In this document: positions 30,036 through 39,495 of the stretch, in pieces | Layout: each line of letters starts with the position of its first letter | How positions within the stretch are numbered: the first letter of the stretch is position 1 | DNA from: an uncultured Rhodospirillaceae bacterium | GTDB lineage: Bacteria > Pseudomonadota > Alphaproteobacteria > UBA8366 > GCA-2717185 | DNA: 64,000 nucleotides | Reading direction: 5' to 3' | Assembly (NCBI GenBank): GCA_964474755.1 | Contig: CAYYUG010000011.1 | Location: 8,698 to 72,697, forward strand | Made by a program: the position numbers and the translations under genes | The notes under the pieces: generated by a model | The model's database searches: none | What the model was told of the DNA's origin: nothing | Seen by the model: the letters and a program-made list of their open reading frames with translations, nothing else

Positions 30036-31177
30036 TGCGCCGTCTCCCCTAGTTTGTCGAAACGATCGATCCGAAACGGTTCAATGGGCAGGTTGGAATT
30101 GCCCTGGGTCACGAGATCTGCAATTACGCTGCCGACGATCGGGCCCAATTGGAAGCCGTGGCCACAATAGCCGAAGGCGTGATATGCATTTTCAGTGGTC
30201 TTGCTCGGCCCGATGAACGGGATGCCATCCGGTGTAAATCCTTCCATCCCGGCCCAGCAGCGGACGATCGAGGCGTCTTTCATGATCGGGAACAGGTGAC
30301 GGGTCGTTTTAGCGCTAATCGCGAGGCCATCGAAATCGATCACCGTGCGGTTTTCATCCGGATAGGCCGTACCGCGATGCCCACCGCCAATAATGACGGT
30401 CCCGTTCTCAGACTGTTTGAACGAAATTTGGCGGCCCTGCGAGCCAACAACCGGTTCGACGAAACGTGGCATGGGGGCTGTCACCATCATCATCAACGCT
30501 TCGATCCTAAGCGGTACGGCCTCGCCCAGCGCCGCCGCAACCCGATCGCCCCAGCCGCCGCTGCAATTAACCAACACGGGCGCTTCAAACTGGCCGCCCG
30601 ACGTCGAAACACGCCAAATCCCGCCGGTCTGTTCGAAACCCGTGGTGGAAAAACCTTCGAAAAACCGGACACCCAAGGATTCGCCTTTGCGTCGGAATGC
30701 AGCAGTGGTGCGCGCAGGATCCGCATAACCATCGCCCGCAACATGTATCCCGCCAATACAATGCGGGGTGACCGTGGGCAGCAGCTCGAACAATGTCTCC
30801 CTATCAATGAAGACCTCGTGTTCATAGCCTCGCTCGTTCAGATGCTGCACGCGAGTTGAAAGAGCTGCTAGTTCCTCTTCGGTTTCCGCGACCTTGACCT
30901 GGCCTGTGGGATGGAACCCGCAACCATCGTCAACCAGATCCTCAATACCGTGCCAAAGCTCGATCGAGGCGGCCGACAGCGGAACCTCGGCGAGATCGCG
31001 GCCAAGACGCCGCACGCCGCCCGCATTGACACCAGAGGCGTGTCGCCCGACATGATCCTTTTCGATGACCATGGAAGCGACACCGCGCCGCGCTAAATGC
31101 AACGCAGCCGAGCAACCATGTAGACCACCCCCGACGATAACCACGTCCGCAGTTTCAACCATGACTAACCTTGGCAC
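30032..31177 (-). CDS. FAD-dependent oxidoreductase (DAO family, sarcosine-oxidase-beta/D-amino-acid-dehydrogenase-like)
   Basis: 381 aa. DVVIVGGGLHGCSAALHLARRG dinucleotide motif and CGHGFQLGP C-terminal DAO motif. Confidence 0.8.
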   Translation of the reverse strand: MPRLVMVETADVVIVGGGLHGCSAALHLARRGVASMVIEKDHVGRHASGVNAGGVRRLGRDLAEVPLSAASIELWHGIEDLVDDGCGFHPTGQVKVAETEEELAALSTRVQHLNERGYEHEVFIDRETLFELLPTVTPHCIGGIHVAGDGYADPARTTAAFRRKGESLGVRFFEGFSTTGFEQTGGIWRVSTSGGQFEAPVLVNCSGGWGDRVAAALGEAVPLRIEALMMMVTAPMPRFVEPVVGSQGRQISFKQSENGTVIIGGGHRGTAYPDENRTVIDFDGLAISAKTTRHLFPIMKDASIVRCWAGMEGFTPDGIPFIGPSKTTENAYHAFGYCGHGFQLGPIVGSVIADLVTQGNSNLPIEPFRIDRFDKLGETAQ

Positions 31178-32574
31178 ATGGGTGGCTCACCGATCCGCTG
31201 CATCCGGTCACCCAGTAACTTTTCGAAGGCAAGCGCAACGGCGAGGGCGCGCTCGTCTTGGTCCAGTGGCGCCATGATTTGCAAACCAACCGGCATTCCC
31301 GCCTTGTCTAACGCAACCGGGATGGTCACCGCGGATAGGGCAAGCAGGTTGCCAGTGCGCGTGTTGCGCAGCGCCGCCATGTTGTTCATGCGGTAGCCGT
31401 CACCGTCGGAAACCGCATCTACGGTTGGCGGGGTGATCGTCACCGTCGGCCCGACGACGACATCCACCTCCGCCAACCGGTCATCCGCGGATGCGGCCAG
31501 TTCAACCAGCCGATCACGGCGCAGCAGATAGTCCACCGCGGTGATTGCTTCCATGCTCTCGAACCGGGACGCAACATTCGGATCCAGGGTTGCCTTGGAC
31601 TGCGCTATCTCGCCATTGATGAAAGCCGCAAATTCTGGCGCGGCCAGACCGCCCCGCATGAAAATCTCGTCCGCTGCCGCGGCTTCCGGCAGATCGAACT
31701 TGGTCATCTGGGCACCGGCGGCGACTAACTCGTCAAGAGCCGTATGCACACCCTCCGCAACGCCCGGATCGCAACCCTCGAAGAAATGATCGCAGACACC
31801 GATATGTACATCCGAGGGAATAAGTTCCGAGAGACCAGCCAGCAACACCTCACCCGGGGTATCGGTAAGCGGATCAATCGCCGCGAATGCAAGCACCGCG
31901 TCGGGGACCGTGCGGGCCAGCACACCCGCCGTATCCAAGCTGGGGCTGAGTGGGACGATCCCATCGAGAGACCAGCGCCCGAAGCTCGTCTTGACCCCGA
32001 CATTGCCGGTAAAGCTCGCTGGCACACGCACAGAACCCGCCGTATCACTGCCGAGCGCCAGTAGTGCGGAACCTTCGCAGAGACTGATCCCGGCACCGGC
32101 ACTGGAGCCGCCAGGCACCCGGTGCGTGGTTGGATCCCAGGGATTGCGTGGCGTGCCCCAATGCGCGTTGGAACCGATGCCGCCAAAGGCAAACTCGACC
32201 GTATGGGTCTTACCTGCGACCGGCGCCAGCGCCGCGCGCAGCGCACCGACCACCGGCCCTTCCCGATTCCATTTCTCAGGCAGAGGCGCCGGGCTACCGG
32301 CGAAGGTCTGGTAACCGGAAACGCCATAAAGATCCTTAACCGAAACGGGAATGCCTTGCAGTGGACCGAAATCAAGGCCCGCGGCGAAGGCCGCGTCGGC
32401 CGCTCGCGCCTCAGCCAGGAACTGGTCGTCCTGACGGCATTTATAGGCATCGAGCGAAACGCCCCACCGGCCGTGATTTTCGATCATCTCCTCCGCGAGC
32501 GCCACGCTAGTGGTCTTGCCATTGCGAAGCGCAACCGCAAGCAACGATATGGATTGTTGAAACAGCCCTGACAT
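31165..32574 (-). CDS. amidase-signature (AS) family amidase
   Basis: 469 aa. The Ser-cisSer-Lys elements are visible: PVSVKDL, GGSSAGAG, GSDTAGSVRVPAS. Confidence 0.88.
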   Translation of the reverse strand: MSGLFQQSISLLAVALRNGKTTSVALAEEMIENHGRWGVSLDAYKCRQDDQFLAEARAADAAFAAGLDFGPLQGIPVSVKDLYGVSGYQTFAGSPAPLPEKWNREGPVVGALRAALAPVAGKTHTVEFAFGGIGSNAHWGTPRNPWDPTTHRVPGGSSAGAGISLCEGSALLALGSDTAGSVRVPASFTGNVGVKTSFGRWSLDGIVPLSPSLDTAGVLARTVPDAVLAFAAIDPLTDTPGEVLLAGLSELIPSDVHIGVCDHFFEGCDPGVAEGVHTALDELVAAGAQMTKFDLPEAAAADEIFMRGGLAAPEFAAFINGEIAQSKATLDPNVASRFESMEAITAVDYLLRRDRLVELAASADDRLAEVDVVVGPTVTITPPTVDAVSDGDGYRMNNMAALRNTRTGNLLALSAVTIPVALDKAGMPVGLQIMAPLDQDERALAVALAFEKLLGDRMQRIGEPPMCQG

Positions 32575-33009
32575 ACGGATCCCTTTGTTTGCGACGACAC
32601 ATGGTAGCGCAAATCGTTACAAAATTTGCAAGAGACCACCATATAATCGAAATACGAGAACACTACCCTGGGACGACTTCTTCACCCCAGCCAACCACGA
32701 TTTCCCGAGAAGAGAAAAAAAGCCAAGAAAATTCGAATCCACAGACTTTCAAACGTTTGCCGACCAGCTAAATTCGCGCCGAGATTGCATAGAGGGCAGA
32801 CTGGCCTTCAGTGCTTCCGCATTTGTCACCGGCACCACAGGTCCAGGCGGTGTGTTAGCAACAAGCCGGCTCAGTTTCGAGCAAGTCGCGGCCAACAGCC
32901 TGGGGAGAGGGGTAGCAGTCATTTTCCCAGCGACGGCGGCACGGAACCGCACTCCAGCATCGTGGCAATCACCAAGAATGATGGTGGCTTCATCAAGTAA
33001 AATTTAATT

Positions 33010-34074
33010 TTAGAAAACACGGTCCTGTGCGACCTCGTTGCTGAACTCGAGCAGGCCCTCGGCCAAGGTGCCGAATTCCATAAAACGGGGATCGCCGGCG
33101 CCACCTTCACGGTAACGCCTGTGCAGCTGCTGGAAGATCACCGCGACGCGGAAGGTAGTTAGCACGCGGTACCATTTAAAACCGGAGAGGTCGCGGCCGG
33201 TGCGTTGGGCGTAGTCCTGCGCCACCTCCTCCCGTGTAGGGAAACCGAAGCTGCCCGTCGGCATCTGTTTTAGCTGCTGCATCGCTTCCGGATCACCGGC
33301 TTCGGTCCAATAGCCCAGCATCGCACCAAGATCGACCAGCGGGTCACCGCGGGTCCCCATATCCCAGTCGAGAACAGCAACCGGATCGAGACACTCAGGA
33401 TCGAGCACCACATTGTCGAGCTTAAAATCGTTGTGCAGGAAAGTAGTCTCCGGCTCCGGCAGTTTGCGGTCAACGGCGAGCCAGGCCTCGATCGCGTTGA
33501 GCACGGCCGGCGGCTCACCGTCCCAGGCTAAACGTGCGCGCTTGAACCAGCCCGCCACAGTGCGTTCTCGGAAGCCTTCCGGCCGTCCAAGGTCGTCAAG
33601 CCCAACGGATGCAGGATCTATCCGATGCAAATCATGCAGCAAGGTAACCAAAGTCTTGCCAACTTTAACACCCGGAGTTCCGCGCGCTGCCACCTCAGCG
33701 GGCATCTCGCCACCGATTACCAAACCCGGCCGGTACTCCATAATGAAGAAGGGCGCCCCCAATACATCCACATCGTCGCAGAACAGTAGACATTTTGGGG
33801 CCAATGGAAATTCACGCCAAAGGCTACTTAAGATTTTACTCTCGCGGCCCATATCATTCGCACCGGGCGGCACCGGGCCGGCCGGCGGGCGCCGTAACAC
33901 CCGCAACTCGCCATCCATTTGCAGCAGATAATTAATATTGCCGAAGCCGGAGGCAAATTGCTTCGGCGGCTCGGGGCCTGTCAAAGCGTGACCATGGTCC
34001 CGCAGATGTCGGTCGAGCGCGTCCCAGTCCTGCTTGACCTCATCATCACGCGACTTAAAGCAGGGTCCGTCCAC
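33010..34074 (-). CDS. phosphotransferase family protein (APH/choline-kinase fold, ACAD10/11-kinase-like)
   Basis: 354 aa. VLRRPP, FFIMEY, the Brenner-type HNDFKLDNVV motif and LDWDMGTRGDPLVDL. Confidence 0.75.
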   Translation of the reverse strand: MDGPCFKSRDDEVKQDWDALDRHLRDHGHALTGPEPPKQFASGFGNINYLLQMDGELRVLRRPPAGPVPPGANDMGRESKILSSLWREFPLAPKCLLFCDDVDVLGAPFFIMEYRPGLVIGGEMPAEVAARGTPGVKVGKTLVTLLHDLHRIDPASVGLDDLGRPEGFRERTVAGWFKRARLAWDGEPPAVLNAIEAWLAVDRKLPEPETTFLHNDFKLDNVVLDPECLDPVAVLDWDMGTRGDPLVDLGAMLGYWTEAGDPEAMQQLKQMPTGSFGFPTREEVAQDYAQRTGRDLSGFKWYRVLTTFRVAVIFQQLHRRYREGGAGDPRFMEFGTLAEGLLEFSNEVAQDRVF

Positions 34075-34081
34075 CGGACGG

Positions 34082-35482
34082 TCAGGCTGCTATCGGTGGG
34101 CGGCGCTCTGTCCAGTCAGTCGCCTGCTCGTAGGCGTGTGCGACCTGATAAATTACCGCCTCATCGAAGGGCTTGCCGACAATCTGCATCGATAGTGGCA
34201 GACCGCTGCTGGAGAACCCAGTCGGAACCGCCAGCGCTGGAGCACCTAGGACGTTGAATGGCGCGCGTGCCTGCCGACCGTACGTCCTCTCGGTCGCCTC
34301 CGCGTCTTCGATCTCGCAGGCGGGATCCATGCTGGACGCAGTGATTGCGACGTCGAAGTCTTCCATCGCCTCTTTGTAAGCCTGCACCAGCTGTGCCTTG
34401 ACCCGGGTCCCATTGACATAGTCCGCGGCGCGGATGAAGGCGCCACCCATAATCCTCTGGCGGGCGAGCTCACCGTAGTCCTCAGGCCGTTCTTGGAACC
34501 ATTTTTCGTGGATTGCATAAGCCTCCGACAGCAGGATCACACGGTTAGTAGCCGCATAGTGGTCGAGCGGCGCCAAGGTGATATCGCGTATTTCCGCGCC
34601 CATTCCACGCAGCACGTCGCGCGCATCCTCGATACCTTTAGCCATCTCCGGATCCGCGGCCATGTCGGTCTCGAAGAAATGCCGGATAACACCTATCCTC
34701 ATTCCCTTGATGCCTTGGCCAAGACGTGAGGTGAAGTCCGGCTTGCCGATGGGCGCACTGCCCGGGTCCTGCGGATCATGCCCGGCGATGACGTTCAGCA
34801 AAATCGCATTATCCTCAACGGTGCGGGTCATCGGACCAACATGATCCAAAGTAAAGGACAGAGGAAAGACCCCGCGACGACTGACCCGACCATACGTCGC
34901 CTTCATGCCAACCAGACCACACATGGACGCCGGGTTACGCACCGAGCCACCCGTATCCGTACCAATCGCTGCCGGCACAAAACCAGCGGCCAATGCGGCT
35001 CCCGATCCGCTCGACGAGCCACCGGTGAAATGCGCAGCGTTCCAAGGGTTGCGCGCCGGCGGCCAGGGAAGGTCAAAGGATGGGCCACCGATCGCAAACT
35101 CATGCGTCGCCGTCTTGCCCAGCAACACCGCGCCAGCCTTTTTGAAGCGATCAGTCACATCGGCATCCATCTCCGGCAGGCTGTTGCGCTGCATAACTTT
35201 AGAATGGCATGTCGTCGGAATACCCACCGCATCGACGATATCCTTCAAGGCGTAGGGTACACCGTGCAGCGGACCGCGCCATTTGCCGGCCATGATCTCA
35301 TCTTCAGCAGCACGTGCACCGTCGAGTGCTTGGTCGGCGGATACATGCAGGAAGGAATTAAAGGCACTGTCATGTGCTGCAATCCGGTCGAGCAACGCCT
35401 GGGTATATTCGACAGGAGAAATATTCTTGCCGCTGAGTAGTTTCGCCGCGTCGGCAATGGTCAGAAAAGCAAAGTCTGTCAT
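34082..35482 (-). CDS. amidase-signature amidase, GatA/AtzE-like
   Basis: 466 aa. PYALKDI, GGSSSGSGAA, GTDTGGSVRNPAS. Its start overlaps the stop of a 64-aa ORF (ATGA). Confidence 0.88.
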   Translation of the reverse strand: MTDFAFLTIADAAKLLSGKNISPVEYTQALLDRIAAHDSAFNSFLHVSADQALDGARAAEDEIMAGKWRGPLHGVPYALKDIVDAVGIPTTCHSKVMQRNSLPEMDADVTDRFKKAGAVLLGKTATHEFAIGGPSFDLPWPPARNPWNAAHFTGGSSSGSGAALAAGFVPAAIGTDTGGSVRNPASMCGLVGMKATYGRVSRRGVFPLSFTLDHVGPMTRTVEDNAILLNVIAGHDPQDPGSAPIGKPDFTSRLGQGIKGMRIGVIRHFFETDMAADPEMAKGIEDARDVLRGMGAEIRDITLAPLDHYAATNRVILLSEAYAIHEKWFQERPEDYGELARQRIMGGAFIRAADYVNGTRVKAQLVQAYKEAMEDFDVAITASSMDPACEIEDAEATERTYGRQARAPFNVLGAPALAVPTGFSSSGLPLSMQIVGKPFDEAVIYQVAHAYEQATDWTERRPPIAA

Positions 35483-35673
35483 AATTCACCTCCCGCAGCC
35501 CGATAAACATGCGCCGGTTCGTCTGCCGGTTCGACATCTATCGTGATACGTGTGCGCAACGATTGGGCGAATGCGAACGCGCGAGCCACATCGTCCGGAT
35601 AGCGATCCGCCATCCGGTCTAAACCTGCAGCGCGGGCTGCCTCCAAAGCCTTTTCAAAATCAATGTCGCCCAT
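35479..35673 (-). CDS. small GatC/AtzG-like (DUF4089-like) partner protein of the amidase
   Basis: 64 aa from the ATG at 35673, preceded by GGGAGGGG: MGDIDFEKALEAARAAGLDRMADRYPDDVARAFAFAQSLRTRITIDVEPADEPAHVYRAAGGEL. Size, position, ATGA coupling and the C-terminal E-P-A-x-V-Y motif recall AtzG. This is recollection, not a search result. Confidence 0.55.
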   Translation of the reverse strand: MGDIDFEKALEAARAAGLDRMADRYPDDVARAFAFAQSLRTRITIDVEPADEPAHVYRAAGGEL

Positions 35674-35750
35674 CCGCCCCTCCCTGGACCGCTGTTCTAG
35701 TGGGTAGAACCTACCAACAAGATAATGAAGCCATTCGCTCTCGGCGCTTG

Positions 35751-36440
35751 TCAAGCGAGGGCGAAGCACGCCGCGTAAGCGCCCGCCATAAAGGGCCATC
35801 GGTGAAGCAACCTGCCGAAGCCGCCATATGGCATCCCTTCACAAGCCACAAGACGCAACCCAACCGCTCGCGCCAATTGTGTCAGGCCGCGGGGCGTCAG
35901 ATGGTTCAAAGGCACCTCAAACCGGGGACCAAACCAGCGAGACCGCAGAATGTCCGGATTGCAAGGGTGCGGCATAATCACGACGAAGCGGCCCTCCCCG
36001 TCTAGCAAGCGTGCGGCAGCGACGAGGGCTGCACCCTGGTCCGGCATGTGTTCAAAAGACCCGACGCACATCGCGAGTTGAAAGCGGCCCAAATTCTCGG
36101 TTTTCGCCGTCGCGCTATCGCCGACATGAAAGGCGATGCTAATGTCAGCGCCGACACTGGCCGCATTCGCTCGCGCCTGGCCCACCATCCCCGGTGCAAT
36201 ATCGAGTCCGACCCCGCCATCAATGCAGTCTGCAAGATCGATCAATTGCCAGCCCGTCCCGCAGCCAAGATCGATAACCCGCGGCCGGCCCAACACTGCA
36301 CAGAGCTTGCGCAGATAGGAGGCGCGGACGGCAAAATCGGCGGCGCGGTTTGATCGTGGGCCGTGCGCCGCATCCCAGCCCGGCGCCTCACGATCAAAGA
36401 AAGTGGCGATGGATGAGCACGTTTTCAGCGTATAACTCAA
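35751..36440 (-). CDS. class I SAM-dependent methyltransferase (TTG start)
   Basis: 229 aa. VIDLGCGTGW SAM motif. The only start candidate in frame after the upstream TGA is the TTG at 36440, which overlaps the stop of the 59-aa ORF (TTGA). Confidence 0.8.
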   Translation of the reverse strand: MSYTLKTCSSIATFFDREAPGWDAAHGPRSNRAADFAVRASYLRKLCAVLGRPRVIDLGCGTGWQLIDLADCIDGGVGLDIAPGMVGQARANAASVGADISIAFHVGDSATAKTENLGRFQLAMCVGSFEHMPDQGAALVAAARLLDGEGRFVVIMPHPCNPDILRSRWFGPRFEVPLNHLTPRGLTQLARAVGLRLVACEGMPYGGFGRLLHRWPFMAGAYAACFALA

Positions 36441-36616
36441 TCGGTAGTGTTCAACGCTGGACCACCGAACGGCAGACGGATTGCCGCTCGGTCATCGTCC
36501 AGCAAGATACCGCTCTTGGTCAGCAGAGATTCGAGAGCTTTGACCTGCACCTTCCGTCCATCCGGCAATTGATCCCACGCCGACGCGAATAGTGCGTTAC
36601 CCCCCAGGTCGGACAT
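36437..36616 (-). CDS. unlisted 59-aa ORF, function unknown
   Basis: My translation: ATG at 36616 is preceded by GAAAGGTAGG, giving MSDLGGNALFASAWDQLPDGRKVQVKALESLLTKSGILLDDDRAAIRLPFGGPALNTTD*. It falls below the 60-aa track cut-off. Its stop is fused to the TTG start of the methyltransferase. Confidence 0.5.
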   Translation of the reverse strand: MSDLGGNALFASAWDQLPDGRKVQVKALESLLTKSGILLDDDRAAIRLPFGGPALNTTD

Positions 36617-36845
36617 TACCTACCTTTCATCGTAGAGCTTTCTATCTATAACCTCTTCACCACGCAAAGGCGTGATACTTAACTAACGTTAATACTATAA
36701 CAAAATGTCAAAATTTTCGTTTTGATTTATGCTGCAGCGTCCTTTGATTGCAGTAGGCAGCAAATTCAAAGCATTTAAGCATTTGGTAACTTGACGCCTT
36801 TCGCCGGCATCATTTCCCGGCGCGAAGAACAACTGGGAGACACCC

Positions 36846-37496
36846 GTGGAAGACCCCGTTCAAAGACACCCCACTCGCAGCGAACAACTCGATATTTTGG
36901 CAACGCTTATTGCAGACAACGTGCCGGAAGGCCAGGCCGTTCTGGAATTCGGTTGTGGCGTCGGTTACGTGGCGCATTTGATTTTGGAAAAACGCCCCGA
37001 CCTCGACATTGTTGGCGTCGACCGGAAGGTGGACGCACTGCAGCAGGCGGAAATCGACTTGCCGGCTGACCGTTTCACTGGCATCAAAGGTGACCTGGAA
37101 GCGATTGCTGACATCCCGATTCCGGACCGATCCTACGGCGCGATATTTACCGCCCTGACCTTCCACGACCTGCCGGATATGACGAAACAGGTGGTTATCG
37201 GCGCGGCAGCGGCGCGACTGGCCCCAGGCGGCTGTTTCTTATTGTACGACCGGCTGCGCCTGACCGAACCGTCGCTGTTTCCGCTGCAACAGAGCATCTG
37301 GTCCCGCATCGAGCGCGTGCATGGGCAAGGCATGCGCACAGCGGACAATTTCACGGCCTATGAAGAAGACCTTGGCACGGACAACCGCCCCGCATGCCTG
37401 GCCGACTATCTGGCCTGGTTCCCAGCCGCTGGACTAACGCCGCAAGTGTTGCATCTGCACGGGAATGTGGCATTGATTGGCGGTACCCGCGGTTAA
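36846..37496 (+). CDS. class I SAM-dependent methyltransferase
   Basis: 216 aa with a GTG start. VLEFGCGVGY SAM motif. Divergent from the 36616 operon across an AT-rich spacer. Confidence 0.78.
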   Translation: MEDPVQRHPTRSEQLDILATLIADNVPEGQAVLEFGCGVGYVAHLILEKRPDLDIVGVDRKVDALQQAEIDLPADRFTGIKGDLEAIADIPIPDRSYGAIFTALTFHDLPDMTKQVVIGAAAARLAPGGCFLLYDRLRLTEPSLFPLQQSIWSRIERVHGQGMRTADNFTAYEEDLGTDNRPACLADYLAWFPAAGLTPQVLHLHGNVALIGGTRG

Positions 37497-37505
37497 CCTG
37501 CGCCG

Positions 37506-37898
37506 TCAAAGGTATTTGTAGGTACCCTGGCCGGATGAATAGATCTTGCCAGTCTCCGCATCGACAACGCGGATGTCGGAGAAAAACATCGACCGTCCCT
37601 TGCGAATGATGCGTCCTTCGGCGTAAACGCTTTCGCCCATCGCGGTCGCAAGAAAATTGCAGTTCAGCGTGACGGTCACGGCCTTTCGCGTCTCACCGCT
37701 CGCCCGCCCGCCCGCCATGATTCCAGCGATATCCATTAGCGACATCAGCACACCGCCATGAATGTAGTCGCCGCGGTTGCGGTGATGGTTGAAGCCAGTC
37801 ATTTCCAGGCGCACGAACCCCTTGCTCCGTTCGACCACCTTGTAGTCGAGGAAGCGGTGATAGGAATCAGCAGGCGGCGCCGGAAGGGTGTCGTTCAT
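37506..37898 (-). CDS. PaaI-family hotdog-fold thioesterase
   Basis: 130 aa. YIHGGVLMSLMDIAG is the typical PaaI/4HBT motif. Confidence 0.75.
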   Translation of the reverse strand: MNDTLPAPPADSYHRFLDYKVVERSKGFVRLEMTGFNHHRNRGDYIHGGVLMSLMDIAGIMAGGRASGETRKAVTVTLNCNFLATAMGESVYAEGRIIRKGRSMFFSDIRVVDAETGKIYSSGQGTYKYL

Positions 37899-38026
37899 GA
37901 GAGCTCCAATCAGAACCGCCCCTCTTTTAACGATAAATATCGTTGTTTCAAGAGCGCGAAACCCTTGTGCAACAAGCGGGACGTTGTCAAAGTTACTGCG
38001 CGTTGTTGAATTTTGGGAGGCAATTG

Positions 38027-39493
38027 ATGGCGGCTTATGATCTGGTCATTCGAGACGGTGAGGTCGTCACGGCAACGGACCGCATAGCCTGCGATGTAGG
38101 CGTACGCGACGGCAAGGTCGCGGCGCTGGGACAAAGGTTGGATGCGGGGACCCGCGAAATCGACGCCGCGAGTAAGCTGGTACTGCCCGGCGGGATAGAC
38201 AGCCACTGCCATATCGAACAGATGTCTGGCATGGGCGTCATGTGCGCAGACGATTTTTACAGCGGCACCGTAGCCGCCGCGTTTGGCGGAACGACGACGA
38301 TTATCCCTTTCGCGGCCCAGCATCGCGGTCAGTCGGCGCGCGCCGTGGTCGAGGATTATCGAGCGCGCGGCGATGCCAAGGCGGTGATCGACTATGCGGT
38401 CCATCTGATCATCACCGACCCAACCGAACAGGTGCTCGGCCAGGAACTGCCGGCGCTGATCCGTGACGGCTACACTTCCTTCAAGGTCTACATGACCTAT
38501 GAGGGCACCAAGCTCGACGACTACCAAATGCTGGAAGTACTTTCTACAGCCAGGCGCGAGGGCGCGCTGACCATGATCCATGCGGAGAACTGGGACATGA
38601 TCCGCTGGTTGGCGCAACGCCTGATCGATGGCGGTAACCGGGCACCTGTCTATCACGGTATTAGCCATGCGCAGGTCGCCGAGGGGGAGGCGACGCACCG
38701 CGCGATCGCGCTGGGCCGACTACTCGACACGCCATTGCTGATCGTCCACGTCTCCGCCGAAGAGGCGATGGAGGAGATCCGCATGGCCCAGGCAAAGGGG
38801 CTAAAGGTCTATGGTGAGACCTGCCCACAATATCTCTTCCTCACGCTGGACGATCTCGACCGCGAAGGTATGGAGGGCGCGATGTTCTGCTGTAGCCCGC
38901 CGCCGCGAGACAAGGAGGGGCAGGAAGCGATTTGGCGCGGCATCCAGACGGGCGTTTTCCAAGTCGTTTCCTCCGATCACGCGCCCTATCGGTTCGACGA
39001 GACAGGCAAGCTGAAGGCCGGGCCAAACCCATCCTTCAAAGAGATCGCCAATGGCGTGCCGGGCATTGAACTACGCCTGCCTATGCTGTTCTCGGAAGGT
39101 GTCGGCAAGGGGCGCATAGACATCCACCGCTTCGTCGACATCACGTCTACGGCACACGCCAAGATCTATGGTCTCTACCCGCGCAAGGGCACAATCGCGG
39201 TCGGGACTGATGCGGACATAACGATCTGGGATCCGGACCTCAAGGTCACCGTCACGGCGGACATGCTACATGACAATACAGGCTACACGCCCTATGAGGG
39301 CATGCAGCTGACGGGCTGGCCGGTGCAAGTGGTGAGCCGCGGCCGGATCGTGGTCGAGGATGGCACACTGCATGCTGAGCACGGCAGCGGCCTGTTCCAG
39401 CCCTGCAAAAAGCCGGACAGCGCCAAGCCGCTCGGTCTCATTCAGCGCGAACTTGATCCAAAACGAAACTTTGGCGCCCAAATCCTGTTTTAA
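38027..39493 (+). CDS. dihydropyrimidinase / D-hydantoinase
   Basis: ATG at 38027 after GGGAGG. DLVIRDGEVV, PGGIDSHCHIEQ metal motif and FKVYMTY (carboxylated Lys region); cyclic amidohydrolase throughout. Confidence 0.88.
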   Translation: MAAYDLVIRDGEVVTATDRIACDVGVRDGKVAALGQRLDAGTREIDAASKLVLPGGIDSHCHIEQMSGMGVMCADDFYSGTVAAAFGGTTTIIPFAAQHRGQSARAVVEDYRARGDAKAVIDYAVHLIITDPTEQVLGQELPALIRDGYTSFKVYMTYEGTKLDDYQMLEVLSTARREGALTMIHAENWDMIRWLAQRLIDGGNRAPVYHGISHAQVAEGEATHRAIALGRLLDTPLLIVHVSAEEAMEEIRMAQAKGLKVYGETCPQYLFLTLDDLDREGMEGAMFCCSPPPRDKEGQEAIWRGIQTGVFQVVSSDHAPYRFDETGKLKAGPNPSFKEIANGVPGIELRLPMLFSEGVGKGRIDIHRFVDITSTAHAKIYGLYPRKGTIAVGTDADITIWDPDLKVTVTADMLHDNTGYTPYEGMQLTGWPVQVVSRGRIVVEDGTLHAEHGSGLFQPCKKPDSAKPLGLIQRELDPKRNFGAQILF

Positions 39494-39495
39494 AA

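Noticed and set aside
32732-32740. TTCGAATCC, a T-loop-like string suggesting a tRNA (possibly tRNA-Sec).
   Set aside because: The flanking bases (GAAAA / CCACA) cannot form a T-stem, and no acceptor or anticodon arms are apparent. I found no other tRNA-like structure in the window.
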